Positions 28,404 to 40,974 of a DNA stretch of 64,000 nt are shown here, one piece after another. This stretch comes from Gemmatimonas sp. (lineage in GTDB: Bacteria > Gemmatimonadota > Gemmatimonadetes > Gemmatimonadales > Gemmatimonadaceae): NCBI GenBank assembly GCA_031414535.1, contig JANNVQ010000038.1, forward strand, positions 32,001-96,000, read 5' to 3'. The position numbers were made by a program, and so were the translations under genes. How positions within the stretch are numbered: position 1 is the first letter of the stretch; each line of letters opens with the position of its first letter. The notes under the pieces were generated by a model that was given only the letters and a program-made list of their open reading frames with translations, did no database searches and was not told the DNA's origin.

Positions 28404-29594
28404 TCAAGTGACGGTCGGTCGGGAGTTTTCGAAGGCCTTCCAGGCCCCCGCCGTGAGGATGTCGTCAATCTCCTCCACCACGCGCGCCACCTCGTCGTCC
28501 GTTGAATAGAAGTGCGGAGCCACGCGGATGCCAGCGCCGGGGCGGTAGTCAATGACGACATCGCGCTTGAGCAGGGCTTGCGCCACTTCTGCGCCATGCG
28601 GGACGTCAAAGGCCACCGTTCCACCGCGGCGAGCGGGGTCGCGGGGTGCGTGCACGCGGTAGCCGCGGGCATCGGCCATGGCCACGAGCGCGGCGGTCTG
28701 GCGCATGCTCTTTTCGCGCAGGGCGCCCATCCCCACCTCACCTAGGATGCGCGGGCCCTCGGTGGCGGCGTAGAGCGAGGGCACCGTGGGCGTGCCGCCC
28801 AGCCAACGCCAGATGCCATCGGCCGGCTCCATCTGCTGATCAAACGCGAAGGGCCGCTTGTGAGCCTGCCAGCCGGTCAGCGCGGGCGCAAAGCGCGCGC
28901 TCGCGGATGGGCTGGCGTACACAAAGCAGCCGCCGGGCCCGCCGCAGAGCCATTTAAGCACACCACCAGCGAGGAAGTCCACGCCGCTCTTCTTCACGTC
29001 CACAGGAATCACTCCGACGGAGTGATAGGCATCGAGGGAAACCACGGCACCCTGCGTGTGCGCGTGCGCCACCAGCGCGTCGGCATCCATGATGTACGCA
29101 GACTTGAACAGCACGTGGCTGACGCAGACAAGCGCCGTGCGCTCCGTGATGGCCGCGTGCAGCGTGGCTTGGTCAATCGTGATGCCATCGCTGCTGGGAA
29201 CAACGACCACGCGCGCACCAAATTTTGGCGCGAGCTGCTCGATGGCATAGCGCACACTCGGGAAGTCGAGCTCCGTCATCACCACCGTGTCGCGATCCTT
29301 GGTGAACGGAATCGCCGAGAGGATGGTGGCCTGCGCCAGGGTCACAGTTGGCACGATGCCGACCTCGTGCGGCGCGGCACCGATAAGTGGCGCGACCATA
29401 TCACCCACCGTAACGGGCATCTCCCACCAACCCTTGGCCCAAGCCCGAACGCCGTGGGTGCGCCAGGCGTCCGTGTACTCCTGCAGGCGCGCGGGAACCC
29501 CGCGAGGCATGGCGCCAAGGGAGTTTGATACGAGATAGGTGCAGGTGTCGAGGATGGGGAACTCCTCTCGAAATCGCAGCAAAGTATCAGACAC
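28404..29594 (-). CDS. Kynureninase-like PLP-dependent aminotransferase class V
   Basis: YLVSNSLGAMP, DAYHSVG, GVLKWLCGGPG and IRVAPHFY motifs; GTG start 29594. Confidence 0.85.
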   Translation of the reverse strand: MSDTLLRFREEFPILDTCTYLVSNSLGAMPRGVPARLQEYTDAWRTHGVRAWAKGWWEMPVTVGDMVAPLIGAAPHEVGIVPTVTLAQATILSAIPFTKDRDTVVMTELDFPSVRYAIEQLAPKFGARVVVVPSSDGITIDQATLHAAITERTALVCVSHVLFKSAYIMDADALVAHAHTQGAVVSLDAYHSVGVIPVDVKKSGVDFLAGGVLKWLCGGPGGCFVYASPSASARFAPALTGWQAHKRPFAFDQQMEPADGIWRWLGGTPTVPSLYAATEGPRILGEVGMGALREKSMRQTAALVAMADARGYRVHAPRDPARRGGTVAFDVPHGAEVAQALLKRDVVIDYRPGAGIRVAPHFYSTDDEVARVVEEIDDILTAGAWKAFENSRPTVT

Positions 29595-29666
29595 GGGGAC
29601 GGATAAAGGAAGAGGACACAACTATTACGGTGGCGACGCTGCTGCGTTGGCGCGCTGCGAACGAGT

Positions 29667-32600
29667 TCACACGTCCTCACGGGCTGGGTCCGGCCAGCGT
29701 CGCTCGAGCCAAGTGAACAACACGGGCAGTACAAGCAGCGTCAGCAGCGTAGACGTAATGAGTCCACCAATCACCACGGTGGCTAGGGGGCGCTGCACTT
29801 CGGCGCCGGTGCCCGTGGAGAGAGCAACCGGCAAGAATCCAATGCTAGCCACGAGGGCAGTCATGAGCACTGGCCGTAAGCGTTGGATGGATCCCTCGCG
29901 CGCGGCAACTTCTGGCTCGTATCCCTCACGGCGGAATCGCTGCACTGTCGTGAGGAGCACAAGGCCGTTCAGCACCGCCACGCCGGAGAGCGCAATGAAT
30001 CCGATGGACGCGGACACCGAGAGATGCAGCCCACGCAGCCACAGCGCGAGCACTCCACCGACGGCCGCAAAGGGAAGATTCACGAGCACGAGAGTCGCCA
30101 GCCTCCAGCTGCGTAGCGCGGCAGTAAGCAGCAACGCGATGAGTGCAATCGCGGCCGGAACCACGAAGCGAAGTCGACTCATCGCACGGCGTTGATTCTC
30201 AAACTGTCCCCCGTACTCGAGGAACACGCCTGGCGGCAGCTTGACCTCGCGCGCGATTGCTGCCTGCGCCTCTTCCACGAATCCGCCGAGGTCGCGACCC
30301 ACGACGTTGGCCTGCGCAAGGACGAATCGCTGGGCCCGCTCGCGGCTGACTTGCACCGGCCCCGGTTCCTCGCGAATGCTCGCGAGTTGGCCAAGCGGTA
30401 CGCGGGCGCCCGAGGGGGAGGGCACCGCGATGGAGGCAATCGCTTCGGCCGACGCGCGAAGTTCGTCTGGGTAGTACACGGCAATGTCTACCGCATAGTT
30501 GCCCTCGACAATGCTCGCCAATGGGCGCCCTCCGACAGCCGTCTCCAAGGCCTCTTGCACTTCAGCAACGGGAATCCCGTAGCGGGCCATGGCGCCGCGA
30601 TCAATGTGAACATTGAGGTAGCCCTGCCCTTCCGTTGCTTCGACCAACACATTCGCTGCGCCCGGCACGCGTCGCATCACCGTTGCGACGCGCTCAGCGA
30701 CTTCGAGATCCACCGTCGGATCGTCACCGAATACCTTTACCGCGAGATCTGCGCGCACACCGGAGATGAGTTCATCGAGGCGCATCGCCATCGGCTGCGT
30801 CATGCCGATAGCAATGCCAGGCACGCGGGCTGCCACGCGCGCTTCGAGTTCGGCGATGAGACTGTCCTTCGACACGCCATCGCGCCACTCGGCGCGCGGC
30901 TTCAGCATCACAAAGACGTCCGCTTGGTGCACGCCCATGGCGTCGGAACCGATCTCCGGGCGCCCAACACGGCTCACGGCGATGCTGACCTCAGGAGACT
31001 CGCGGACCGCGAGCTCGACTTCCTTCTGCATGTTCAGTGATGCCGAAAGCGCGATGGCCGGGTCACGCACCACTTCAATGAGAATCGAGCCCTCGTCGAG
31101 TTCAGGAACGAACTCCGTGCCGAGTTGCGGCACGAGTAGCATCGTCGAGGCAAAGACGGCAACTGCGGCGGCCACCGTGCGTCCGGGGCGCGGCAGCACC
31201 ACCGCCAGCACGCGTCCGTAGACGCCTTCGAGCCAGGTGGCCAAGCGGCGCGCAAACGCCGACTCCGTAGCGCCACGACGAAACACCCAGGTGGCGAGCG
31301 CGGGTACTGCCACCAGCGCCAACAGCAAACTGCCGAACAACGCCATCGCAATGGTCAGCGCCATCGGGCGGAACATCCGCGCCTCGAGTCCCTGCAAACT
31401 CAGGACCGGCAGATACACGATGAGAATGATCAGCACGCCGAACGCAATCGGGCGCCCCACATCGTGCGCCGCCTCGAGAATACGTCGCCGTAACGATGCC
31501 GGCGTGGTGGTGGCATTGGCTTCCCCGTCCGCGTGCAGCGAGCGCACAAACTGCTCCGCCATTACCACGGCGCCGTCGACAATCATGCCGAAGTCAATGG
31601 CCCCAAGGCTCATCAAGTTGGCCGAGAGCCCCAACCATCGCATGCCGAGCAGCGCAAACAGGAGCGAGAGTGGAATCGTGATGGCGACTAACAGGGCCGC
31701 GCGCACATTACCAAGGAAAAGCAACAGCACCGCGACGACGAGCAGCCCGCCCTCCACCAAGTTGGTACGCACGGTGCCGAGCGTGGCGTTTACGACGTCG
31801 GATTGGTCGTAGTAGCTGACCACGCGAACGCCCGGCGGCATGGCCGAGTTGATGACGTCCAGTCGGTCGCGAAGGCGCTGCGCCACCTCACGGCTATTCT
31901 CGCCGCGCAGCATCATCACGATGCCACTGACAATCTCTCCCTCGCCATCCTTGGACACTGCCCCTTGCCGTACCTCGGCGCCAAAGCGTACCTCGGCTAC
32001 GTCTCCAATCAGTACCGGAACGCCGCCAGCACTCGCGCGCACGACCGTGCGCCGCAGGTCGTCTAGCGAGGTCGCTTGGCCGAGTCCGCGCAAGATGAAC
32101 TGCTCGTCGTTGTGCTCGAGATAACCGCCCGCTGCCACCGCGCTGTTGGACTCCACCGCCGTGACGATGTCGTGCAGCGTCAGCCCAAAGCTCACGAGGC
32201 GCTCGGGGTTGACCACCACCTGCGCCTGCCGCACAAGCCCGCCGAACGAATTGATTTCGGTCACGCCCGGCACGTTGCGCAGTTGGGGCCGCACGAGGCG
32301 GTCGTGCAGCGTACGCGCATCCATGAGGCTGAGGTCGGGCGCGTCGAGATAGTACATGAACATCTCGGAGCTGGCCGAGGCCAGAGGTCCGAGCTGTGCT
32401 TCGGCACTCGGCGGCAACTGATCGCGCACAGACTGCACTCGCTCGCTAACGAGCGTGCGCATGCGCTGCAGGTCCACGCCGTCACGGAAGACGATGGTGA
32501 CGGCCGAGAAGCCGTACTTACTCAGCGACCGTACGACCTCAACGTCTGCCATACCACCCATCGCCACTTCAATGGGGAAGGTGACAAGTCGTTCCATCTC

Positions 32601-32837
32601 GACGGGCGAAAGTCCGGGCGCCTCGGTGAGCACCGAGACCTGTGCGTCGGTGAGATCTGGGAACGCGTCCATGCGCACGGTGGCGGCAGCCCATGCGCCG
32701 GCCGCCACGAGCACGGCGAGCATCGCAACGACTGCGCCACGGTTCCACACGCCCCACGCGATTAGACGATCAATGAACGAGGGCCCGCGCGGCGGCGGGG
32801 CTTCGGCTTCCGCGGCAATGTCATCCCCGTCGCGCAT
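29667..32837 (-). CDS. czcA: Heavy-metal efflux RND permease, CusA/CzcA family
   Basis: DAFPDLT, GAIDFGMIVDGAVVMAE, RLRPVLMTALVA and EVQRPLATVVIGG motifs. Confidence 0.93.
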   Translation of the reverse strand: MRDGDDIAAEAEAPPPRGPSFIDRLIAWGVWNRGAVVAMLAVLVAAGAWAAATVRMDAFPDLTDAQVSVLTEAPGLSPVEMERLVTFPIEVAMGGMADVEVVRSLSKYGFSAVTIVFRDGVDLQRMRTLVSERVQSVRDQLPPSAEAQLGPLASASSEMFMYYLDAPDLSLMDARTLHDRLVRPQLRNVPGVTEINSFGGLVRQAQVVVNPERLVSFGLTLHDIVTAVESNSAVAAGGYLEHNDEQFILRGLGQATSLDDLRRTVVRASAGGVPVLIGDVAEVRFGAEVRQGAVSKDGEGEIVSGIVMMLRGENSREVAQRLRDRLDVINSAMPPGVRVVSYYDQSDVVNATLGTVRTNLVEGGLLVVAVLLLFLGNVRAALLVAITIPLSLLFALLGMRWLGLSANLMSLGAIDFGMIVDGAVVMAEQFVRSLHADGEANATTTPASLRRRILEAAHDVGRPIAFGVLIILIVYLPVLSLQGLEARMFRPMALTIAMALFGSLLLALVAVPALATWVFRRGATESAFARRLATWLEGVYGRVLAVVLPRPGRTVAAAVAVFASTMLLVPQLGTEFVPELDEGSILIEVVRDPAIALSASLNMQKEVELAVRESPEVSIAVSRVGRPEIGSDAMGVHQADVFVMLKPRAEWRDGVSKDSLIAELEARVAARVPGIAIGMTQPMAMRLDELISGVRADLAVKVFGDDPTVDLEVAERVATVMRRVPGAANVLVEATEGQGYLNVHIDRGAMARYGIPVAEVQEALETAVGGRPLASIVEGNYAVDIAVYYPDELRASAEAIASIAVPSPSGARVPLGQLASIREEPGPVQVSRERAQRFVLAQANVVGRDLGGFVEEAQAAIAREVKLPPGVFLEYGGQFENQRRAMSRLRFVVPAAIALIALLLTAALRSWRLATLVLVNLPFAAVGGVLALWLRGLHLSVSASIGFIALSGVAVLNGLVLLTTVQRFRREGYEPEVAAREGSIQRLRPVLMTALVASIGFLPVALSTGTGAEVQRPLATVVIGGLITSTLLTLLVLPVLFTWLERRWPDPAREDV

Positions 32838-34000
32838 CAGTGTGAGTCTCCCAGCGCGGCCTTGGAGAGCTCAGACTTGAGCGTAAACGCGCCGCGAATC
32901 ACAACGCGCTCCCCGACGCTGAGGCCTTCGGTGACGCGTACGCGCTCGCCCACGGCACGCATGGAACCAGCCGGCGCCAAGCTTTCGATGCGTACCTCGC
33001 GGCGCTCAAACGTGTTGGAGTCCACTTGCACGAACACGACGCGAGCTTCACCGTCGGTGACGACGGCACTCGACGCGATGATGACGCCGCGATCAGCCGC
33101 GCGCGCGCCAGACACCGAGAAGCGCACAGACGCATACATGCCCGGCCGTAATGTGCGCGAAGGATTCTGCACGTGGAGCACGGCGCGCGCGGTACGCGTC
33201 ACTGGGTTCAGTACGTCGTGCAGGCGCTCCACCGCGCCTGTGAACCGCAGGTTGGGATAGGCCGGCACTTCGATGGTGGCGCGCTGACCAACGCGCACCG
33301 TGGGCAGGGATGCCTCGGGCACTTCCGCGACGACGTCCAGCTCTGTGAGGTCGGCTACCGTGAAGATGGGTGCACCAACCGCTACCGCCGATCCCGCGAG
33401 TACATGTGACTCAAGAATCGTCCCGGCAATTGGGGCGCGAATGGGCAGATGCGCGAGCGGCTCTTGGGTACGCCGCAGCGTTGCGAGGTCTTCCTCCAAC
33501 GCACCCATCAACGTCAGGCGCCGTGCTGCGCCGCGAGCGAGGCGCTGGGCGCCCGTGGAATCCGGGGTTGCCGCGAGCTCTGTGGCGCGCCGTTCAGCGA
33601 GCAAGAGATCTTCCTGCGCGTTTAAGAAGTCCACGCTGAACACGCGCGCCACCACGTCATGAACGGCCACCGCATCGCCGGCGACGGCGGTGAGTCGTTC
33701 AAGCCGCCCGTCCACACGCGCCGAGATGACTTCGACGCGGCGTGGATCGAGTTCTACCGAGCCGGGTGCCACGAGCGAGCCTTCTGCATCAACAATGCCC
33801 GCCTCGACAAGAGCAGTGCGCACGTCGGCAGCGCGTGCGGCGGCGGCGGTAAGTGTCACCCGACCGTCGCCCATCGGAAGCTCGGTGTGCTCCTCTTCGG
33901 GAACTGGAACGGACTTGCCGCAGGCGATGGCCAGGAGGAGTACGGCGGAGCCGCGCAGTGCGGTGCGGGCACAGGAGAGCATGAGATGTCCGTGGGTCAT
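32837..34000 (-). CDS. czcB: Efflux RND periplasmic adaptor (CzcB-like)
   Basis: Lipobox IAC, IRAPIAGTI, LRPGMYA and VTEGLSVGERVV. Confidence 0.88.
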   Translation of the reverse strand: MTHGHLMLSCARTALRGSAVLLLAIACGKSVPVPEEEHTELPMGDGRVTLTAAAARAADVRTALVEAGIVDAEGSLVAPGSVELDPRRVEVISARVDGRLERLTAVAGDAVAVHDVVARVFSVDFLNAQEDLLLAERRATELAATPDSTGAQRLARGAARRLTLMGALEEDLATLRRTQEPLAHLPIRAPIAGTILESHVLAGSAVAVGAPIFTVADLTELDVVAEVPEASLPTVRVGQRATIEVPAYPNLRFTGAVERLHDVLNPVTRTARAVLHVQNPSRTLRPGMYASVRFSVSGARAADRGVIIASSAVVTDGEARVVFVQVDSNTFERREVRIESLAPAGSMRAVGERVRVTEGLSVGERVVIRGAFTLKSELSKAALGDSH

Positions 34001-35283
34001 CGGTTGAGTCCGAACAGCGCCGCGCGCGCGGAGGCGGCGGCGGCAATGGCGCGGGCACGCTCAATCTCCACGCGGAGGAGCGCGCGTTCAAAGTCCAAAA
34101 GCTCGAGTAGCGAGAGTGAGCCGTTGCGGTAGTGCGTGAGCGCGGCGTCGCGCTCGCTCGCAGAGGCGGCGCCGAGGACGCCGGCGTAGAGCTGTAGCAA
34201 CTCCATCGCGGAGTCATCGCGGGCTAACGCAGACTCGAGCGCGGCAGCGGCTGAAGCGCGCGCCACGGCGGTCGCGACACCAGCCGCCGCGACGTCCGCG
34301 TCGGCCGCCGCTTGCGTCAAGGCAATTCCTCGCGCCGCCGTAAAGGGCAGCGTGGTGCTAAGACCCAAGACGATGCCGATTGACGGACCGCCATTGTCGG
34401 GACCGATTCGCTGCAGACCCGCGAGCCCGCTCCACTGCGCCCGTTGCTCGGCCACTTGCTGTGCGCGCAGGGCTACCGTGCGCTGCTCGGCGCCGCGCGC
34501 CTCACGCAGCGCGTCGCTCAAGTCGAGTAGCGAGTCGGTGGACGGCCGCGCGCCGAGGAGCGCGAGCCACGGTGTCGTGTCATCGCTCGACGCGAGATGC
34601 TGCACCAGGGCCCCGAGCGAATCGTCAGCCCCGGCGGAGCCAACGCGTAGCCTGAGCGCTGCGAGTGCCATCCGTCGTGCGCCAAGCTCCGATGCGCGTT
34701 CTGCGGCCAGCTGTAGTCGTTCAGTGCGCACGCGAAGTACGTCGAGATACCGTGCCTCGCCGTTGGCATAGCGGGCGGTCAATGAGCGCTCCGCGTCGGC
34801 GAGCCAGGCGTCACTGGCTTCTAGGCGCCGCACAATGCGCGTGGACCCCACGGACGCGGCGAGATCACTGGTCAACTGGAGCGCCAGCGCCCGCTCGAGA
34901 GCGAGAATCTCGCGGTCCAGCGCTTGGACGTCTGCCGCGGCAAGGTCGCGTGCGGCGCGCCGGCGGACGCTCCCCACGAAGGGTCGGCTCGCGGTCAGCG
35001 TGAGATTTCCCGTCGCGATGTTGCCACCGAGTCCATCTGCGAACTCCGCGTCGAGGCCCGTCACCGGGCCGATGTCCGCAAGCCTGGCGCGAGCACGCTC
35101 CGCAGCGAGCCGCGCCCGCGCGGCGCGCAGGGTGGGATCGCTGATCTGTGCGGCGCGCAGCAACTGCGCATGCACCGCTGCGACGTCCGTGGGCGGCGCC
35201 TGCTGGGCGGACAGCGCCTGCGGCGCGAACGTTGTACAGAGCGCAGCGAGCAGCACCGTACCTCGATGCAGTGGACCAATCAT
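33997..35283 (-). CDS. czcC: TolC-family outer membrane efflux protein (CzcC-like)
   Basis: Signal peptide; RYANGEARYLDVL and HYRNGSLSLLELLDFER repeats. Confidence 0.82.
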   Translation of the reverse strand: MIGPLHRGTVLLAALCTTFAPQALSAQQAPPTDVAAVHAQLLRAAQISDPTLRAARARLAAERARARLADIGPVTGLDAEFADGLGGNIATGNLTLTASRPFVGSVRRRAARDLAAADVQALDREILALERALALQLTSDLAASVGSTRIVRRLEASDAWLADAERSLTARYANGEARYLDVLRVRTERLQLAAERASELGARRMALAALRLRVGSAGADDSLGALVQHLASSDDTTPWLALLGARPSTDSLLDLSDALREARGAEQRTVALRAQQVAEQRAQWSGLAGLQRIGPDNGGPSIGIVLGLSTTLPFTAARGIALTQAAADADVAAAGVATAVARASAAAALESALARDDSAMELLQLYAGVLGAASASERDAALTHYRNGSLSLLELLDFERALLRVEIERARAIAAAASARAALFGLNR

Positions 35284-35346
35284 GCAGACCTCACCGAGCA
35301 GTGACTCGATTGAATAGGGACCCAATTCGGCCCGACAATGGCGCCG

Positions 35347-35847
35347 CTAGCGGGTCAGCGGCTCGAATACGCCAAGCTCGCGATTCTTGCGGACGTCGTT
35401 CCACGGGAAGAAGTGCCCGTTCATGGCGAGATACACGCCAGCCGGCAGCACTTGGGCGAATGAGAGGGCCGAGCCCAAATTGAACAGTCCGTCTGAGCTG
35501 CCGAAGACGTAGGGAACCATTGCGCCAGTGAGGACAATGGTCTTCTCGAGCTTCGCGTTCGCCAGCTCCCGCGCCGACTCGACCATTGTGTCCGTGCCAT
35601 GCGTGATGACAATCCGGGACTCGGCGCTCGCCGCAGCCGCCGCGACGATGCGCGCGCGATCGGCGGGGGTGAGATCGAGGGAGTCCTTCAACATCAACAC
35701 CTCAATTGCTAACGCGAGGTTGCAGCGCCCGCGTGCCAGCACGTCCTCCACGTGCGTCTCGCTAAAGGCGAGCGTGCCGTGGAGTTCGTCGTAGCGCTTG
35801 TCAAAGGTGCCGCCGGTGACGAGGAGGCGGAGGTTTGGACTACTCAT
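35347..35847 (-). CDS. Short asparaginase-domain protein (N-terminal domain only)
   Basis: TGGT, KDSLD, HGTDT and LTGAM motifs. Confidence 0.88.
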   Translation of the reverse strand: MSSPNLRLLVTGGTFDKRYDELHGTLAFSETHVEDVLARGRCNLALAIEVLMLKDSLDLTPADRARIVAAAAASAESRIVITHGTDTMVESARELANAKLEKTIVLTGAMVPYVFGSSDGLFNLGSALSFAQVLPAGVYLAMNGHFFPWNDVRKNRELGVFEPLTR

Positions 35848-35933
35848 GGGAAGGATCGGAAGAGGACGCTGAAAAGATACTCTGCGGCCACCTCTATTGA
35901 TGAATGTGCCAACGGGGTCCAACTTCAACCTCC

Positions 35934-37058
35934 ATGAACGATGCCCATCGGTCCACCCTCGTGCTTCCCCCGCGGGTCTCCCTCGTCCTTGGCGGCGGCG
36001 GCCTCAAGGGTTTCGCGCACATCGGGGTGCTCAAGGCCTTTGAGGAACGCGGTATCACGCCGACCGTGGTGGCAGGCACGAGCATCGGTTCGCTCATCGC
36101 CGCCGCGTATGTGGGTGGAATGCCCATCCCGGAGATGATCACGCGCGCCAAGTCCCTCACCAAGAACGACCTGTTCAAGATCAACCACGTGGGGATGGTG
36201 ACGCGGCGCATGCTTTCGCCATCGCTGTACTTGGCGCGGCCGCTGCACAAGCTCATTGACGACATCGTGCCCAAAGGCACGTTCCGCGATCTCAAGCGCC
36301 GCTTGCTTGTGAACGTCGTGGATTTGGAGAGCGCGTCGCAGGTGCTGTTCGGCCTGCCGGGCCTCGAGGACGTCCAAGTAGCCGACGCCGTGTACGCGTC
36401 CTGCGCGCTACCCGGATTCTTCCCGCCAGCCAAGATTGCTGGACGTACCTGCGCCGACGGCGGCATCGCCGACAACGTGCCCGCGATGGCGGCCTCATAC
36501 GGGATGGACGCCGTGATTGCCGTGGACGTGGGCTCAAGCAACATCGCGCGGGCCAGGCGCGTGGGCGAGAAGGGTTTCGCCGCCATCTATGTGCGCAGCG
36601 CGCAGATCATGATGAAGAGCCTGCAGTCCCAGCAATTGGCGAACTGGAGCGGGCCGCCCCTGCTACTCGTACGGCCCGCGGTGTGGCACTACAACTGGTT
36701 CAGCTTCGGTCACGTGGAGCGGATCATCCAGCTTGGCTACGAAGCCGCCGTGGATTCGCTTGACCGCGTGGGCACCTCCCTTCTGCTCGGTGGCGTCTGG
36801 CCCCGCCGGATGGTGGAGGTCCAGGTGGACCGAGACAAGTGCACCGGCTGCACCATGTGCGCGACCATCGCCCCGAGCATGATGACCATGGGGCGGGACG
36901 GAAAAGCGTCCGTGCTCCATAGCCCAGTGGAGTGGTCCCGGGCTGATGGGGATTTCGTGCACCAATGCCCCACGGGGGCAATTGCTGTGGAGGCGGTGAG
37001 TGGGGAGGACCGGCACTACACCATGGAAATGCCAATCCTCGAGGACGGCTCTGACTGA
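35934..37058 (+). CDS. Patatin-like phospholipase fused to a C-terminal ferredoxin domain
   Basis: GGGGLKG, GTSIG and DGG catalytic motifs; C-terminal CTGCTMC...CPTGAI. Confidence 0.88.
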   Translation: MNDAHRSTLVLPPRVSLVLGGGGLKGFAHIGVLKAFEERGITPTVVAGTSIGSLIAAAYVGGMPIPEMITRAKSLTKNDLFKINHVGMVTRRMLSPSLYLARPLHKLIDDIVPKGTFRDLKRRLLVNVVDLESASQVLFGLPGLEDVQVADAVYASCALPGFFPPAKIAGRTCADGGIADNVPAMAASYGMDAVIAVDVGSSNIARARRVGEKGFAAIYVRSAQIMMKSLQSQQLANWSGPPLLLVRPAVWHYNWFSFGHVERIIQLGYEAAVDSLDRVGTSLLLGGVWPRRMVEVQVDRDKCTGCTMCATIAPSMMTMGRDGKASVLHSPVEWSRADGDFVHQCPTGAIAVEAVSGEDRHYTMEMPILEDGSD

Positions 37059-37070
37059 GGATCTGGGTGG

Positions 37071-37137
37071 GGACGGAAGACGGATGACGGAAGCTCGAAC
37101 CGCGCGCGACCGCCGTTCGCGTCCGTCATCCGTCTTT
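37071..37137. repeat. Heptamer inverted-repeat element (family B, copy 3)
   Basis: GGACGGAAGACGGATGACGGA ... TCCGTCATCCGTCTT. Confidence 0.75.
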
Positions 37138-37240
37138 TGTCCTGCAATTGAGCGCTCCGAGCCTTAGATTGCACTTCAGCCTGGCGAGCGGGCGTAGCCC
37201 GCCGCCAGTGGCTCAGGCCGAACTCCCCCTAGGACTCAGC

Positions 37241-39991
<2,751 letters not shown>

Positions 39992-39993
39992 CG

Positions 39994-40210
39994 GCGAGGA
40001 GCGAACGAGAAGAGCGAAGTATTGAAGAGCGAGGTTTGAAGGCCTGAAGGCATGAAGGGGAGGAGCCGGAAACGGCTGCTCCCCTTCGTTCTTCCCCCAA
40101 GCCCACTCCTGACCATATCTTCTTCTTCGGACCTTGGTACCTTCTCCCCTCGCTCTTCGCTACTTCGCTCTTCTCTTTCGCTCTTCTCTTTCGCTCTTCG
40201 CTCCTCGCTC
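39994..40210. repeat. Heptamer (GAAGAGC/GCTCTTC) inverted element enclosing the acnA terminator (family C)
   Basis: GCGAGGAGCGAA...GAAGAGCGAGG at 39994-40034 is complementary to CCTCGCTCTTCG...GCTCCTCGC at 40148-40208. Confidence 0.75.
40054..40093 (+). terminator. acnA terminator
   Basis: GAAGGGGAGGAGCCG-GAAA-CGGCTGCTCCCCTTC followed by GTTCTT. Confidence 0.7.
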
Positions 40211-40211
40211 T

Positions 40212-40922
40212 TTGCTCCAGCTCTCCTTACTGGGCGCCATAACCCTCACGGGTTCTGAGACCGCCCCCGCCTTCCTCTCGCAGACCAAGCGCGTGGCGCT
40301 GCTGGCCTATTTGGCGGCTGCCCAGCCCTTTGGGAGCCACACGCGCGACAAAGTGGCGACGCTGTTCTGGCCTGAGGTAGATCAGAGCGGAGCGCGCGAT
40401 GCGCTGCGCAAGGCGTTGCATGCTATTCGCGAAGCCTTGGGCAAGGACGTCATCGTCAACGTCGGCGACGAGAACTTCGAGCTGAACCGCAGCCTGGTGT
40501 GGACGGACGTCCAAGCCTTGCACGTGGCTGGAGAGGCCGGGCAGTATCTGCGCGTGCTCGAGTTGTACAAAGGCGCGCTCATGCCGGGGTTCTTCGCCGA
40601 CGCGCCTGGCTTTGAGCAGTGGCTCGAGGACGAGCGCGAGAGCATTCGCCAGACCGCGCTCGGCTACGCGATGAAGTTCCTCGATCAGCTGGAAGCCGAG
40701 TCCAACCTCACCATCGCTACGCAGTGGGTGCGCAAGATTGTGCGGCTCGTGCACTTCGAGGAGCGCATCATTCGCAAGCTGATGAATTTTCTCGTGCGCG
40801 TGGGCGCGCGCGCGGACGCGCTCAAGATCTACGACGACTTCGCCAAGAAGCTCTTGGCCGAGTTGGGCACCGCGCCGGACACCGAGACACAGGCGCTCGC
40901 CGCCAGCATTCGCGGTAAGTAA
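40212..40922 (+). CDS. AfsR/SARP-family regulator (winged HTH + BTAD), no C-terminal sensor
   Basis: LSLLGAITL, KRVALLAYL, RDKVATLFWPE, LRKALHAIREALG, LELYKGALMPGF and FEQWLEDER; probable TTG start 40212. Confidence 0.88.
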   Translation: MLQLSLLGAITLTGSETAPAFLSQTKRVALLAYLAAAQPFGSHTRDKVATLFWPEVDQSGARDALRKALHAIREALGKDVIVNVGDENFELNRSLVWTDVQALHVAGEAGQYLRVLELYKGALMPGFFADAPGFEQWLEDERESIRQTALGYAMKFLDQLEAESNLTIATQWVRKIVRLVHFEERIIRKLMNFLVRVGARADALKIYDDFAKKLLAELGTAPDTETQALAASIRGK

Positions 40923-40974
40923 ACCGACTCTCGTAAACCGACTCTCGTGATCCAGCGCCCGTGATTCGCCCTTC

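Noticed and set aside
29667..35283. czcCBA as a mobile metal-resistance island
   Set aside because: Codon usage looks less biased by eye, but no integrase, transposase, tRNA or flanking direct repeats were seen
35347..35847. Asparaginase as a truncated pseudogene
   Set aside because: Catalytic motifs are intact, the end is clean, and single-domain short asparaginases are a known form
35934..37058. Patatin as a CBASS CapV effector linked to the cGAMP-type riboswitch
   Set aside because: RssA/NTE-like sequence with a ferredoxin tail; no CD-NTase or cap genes; 22 kb from the riboswitch
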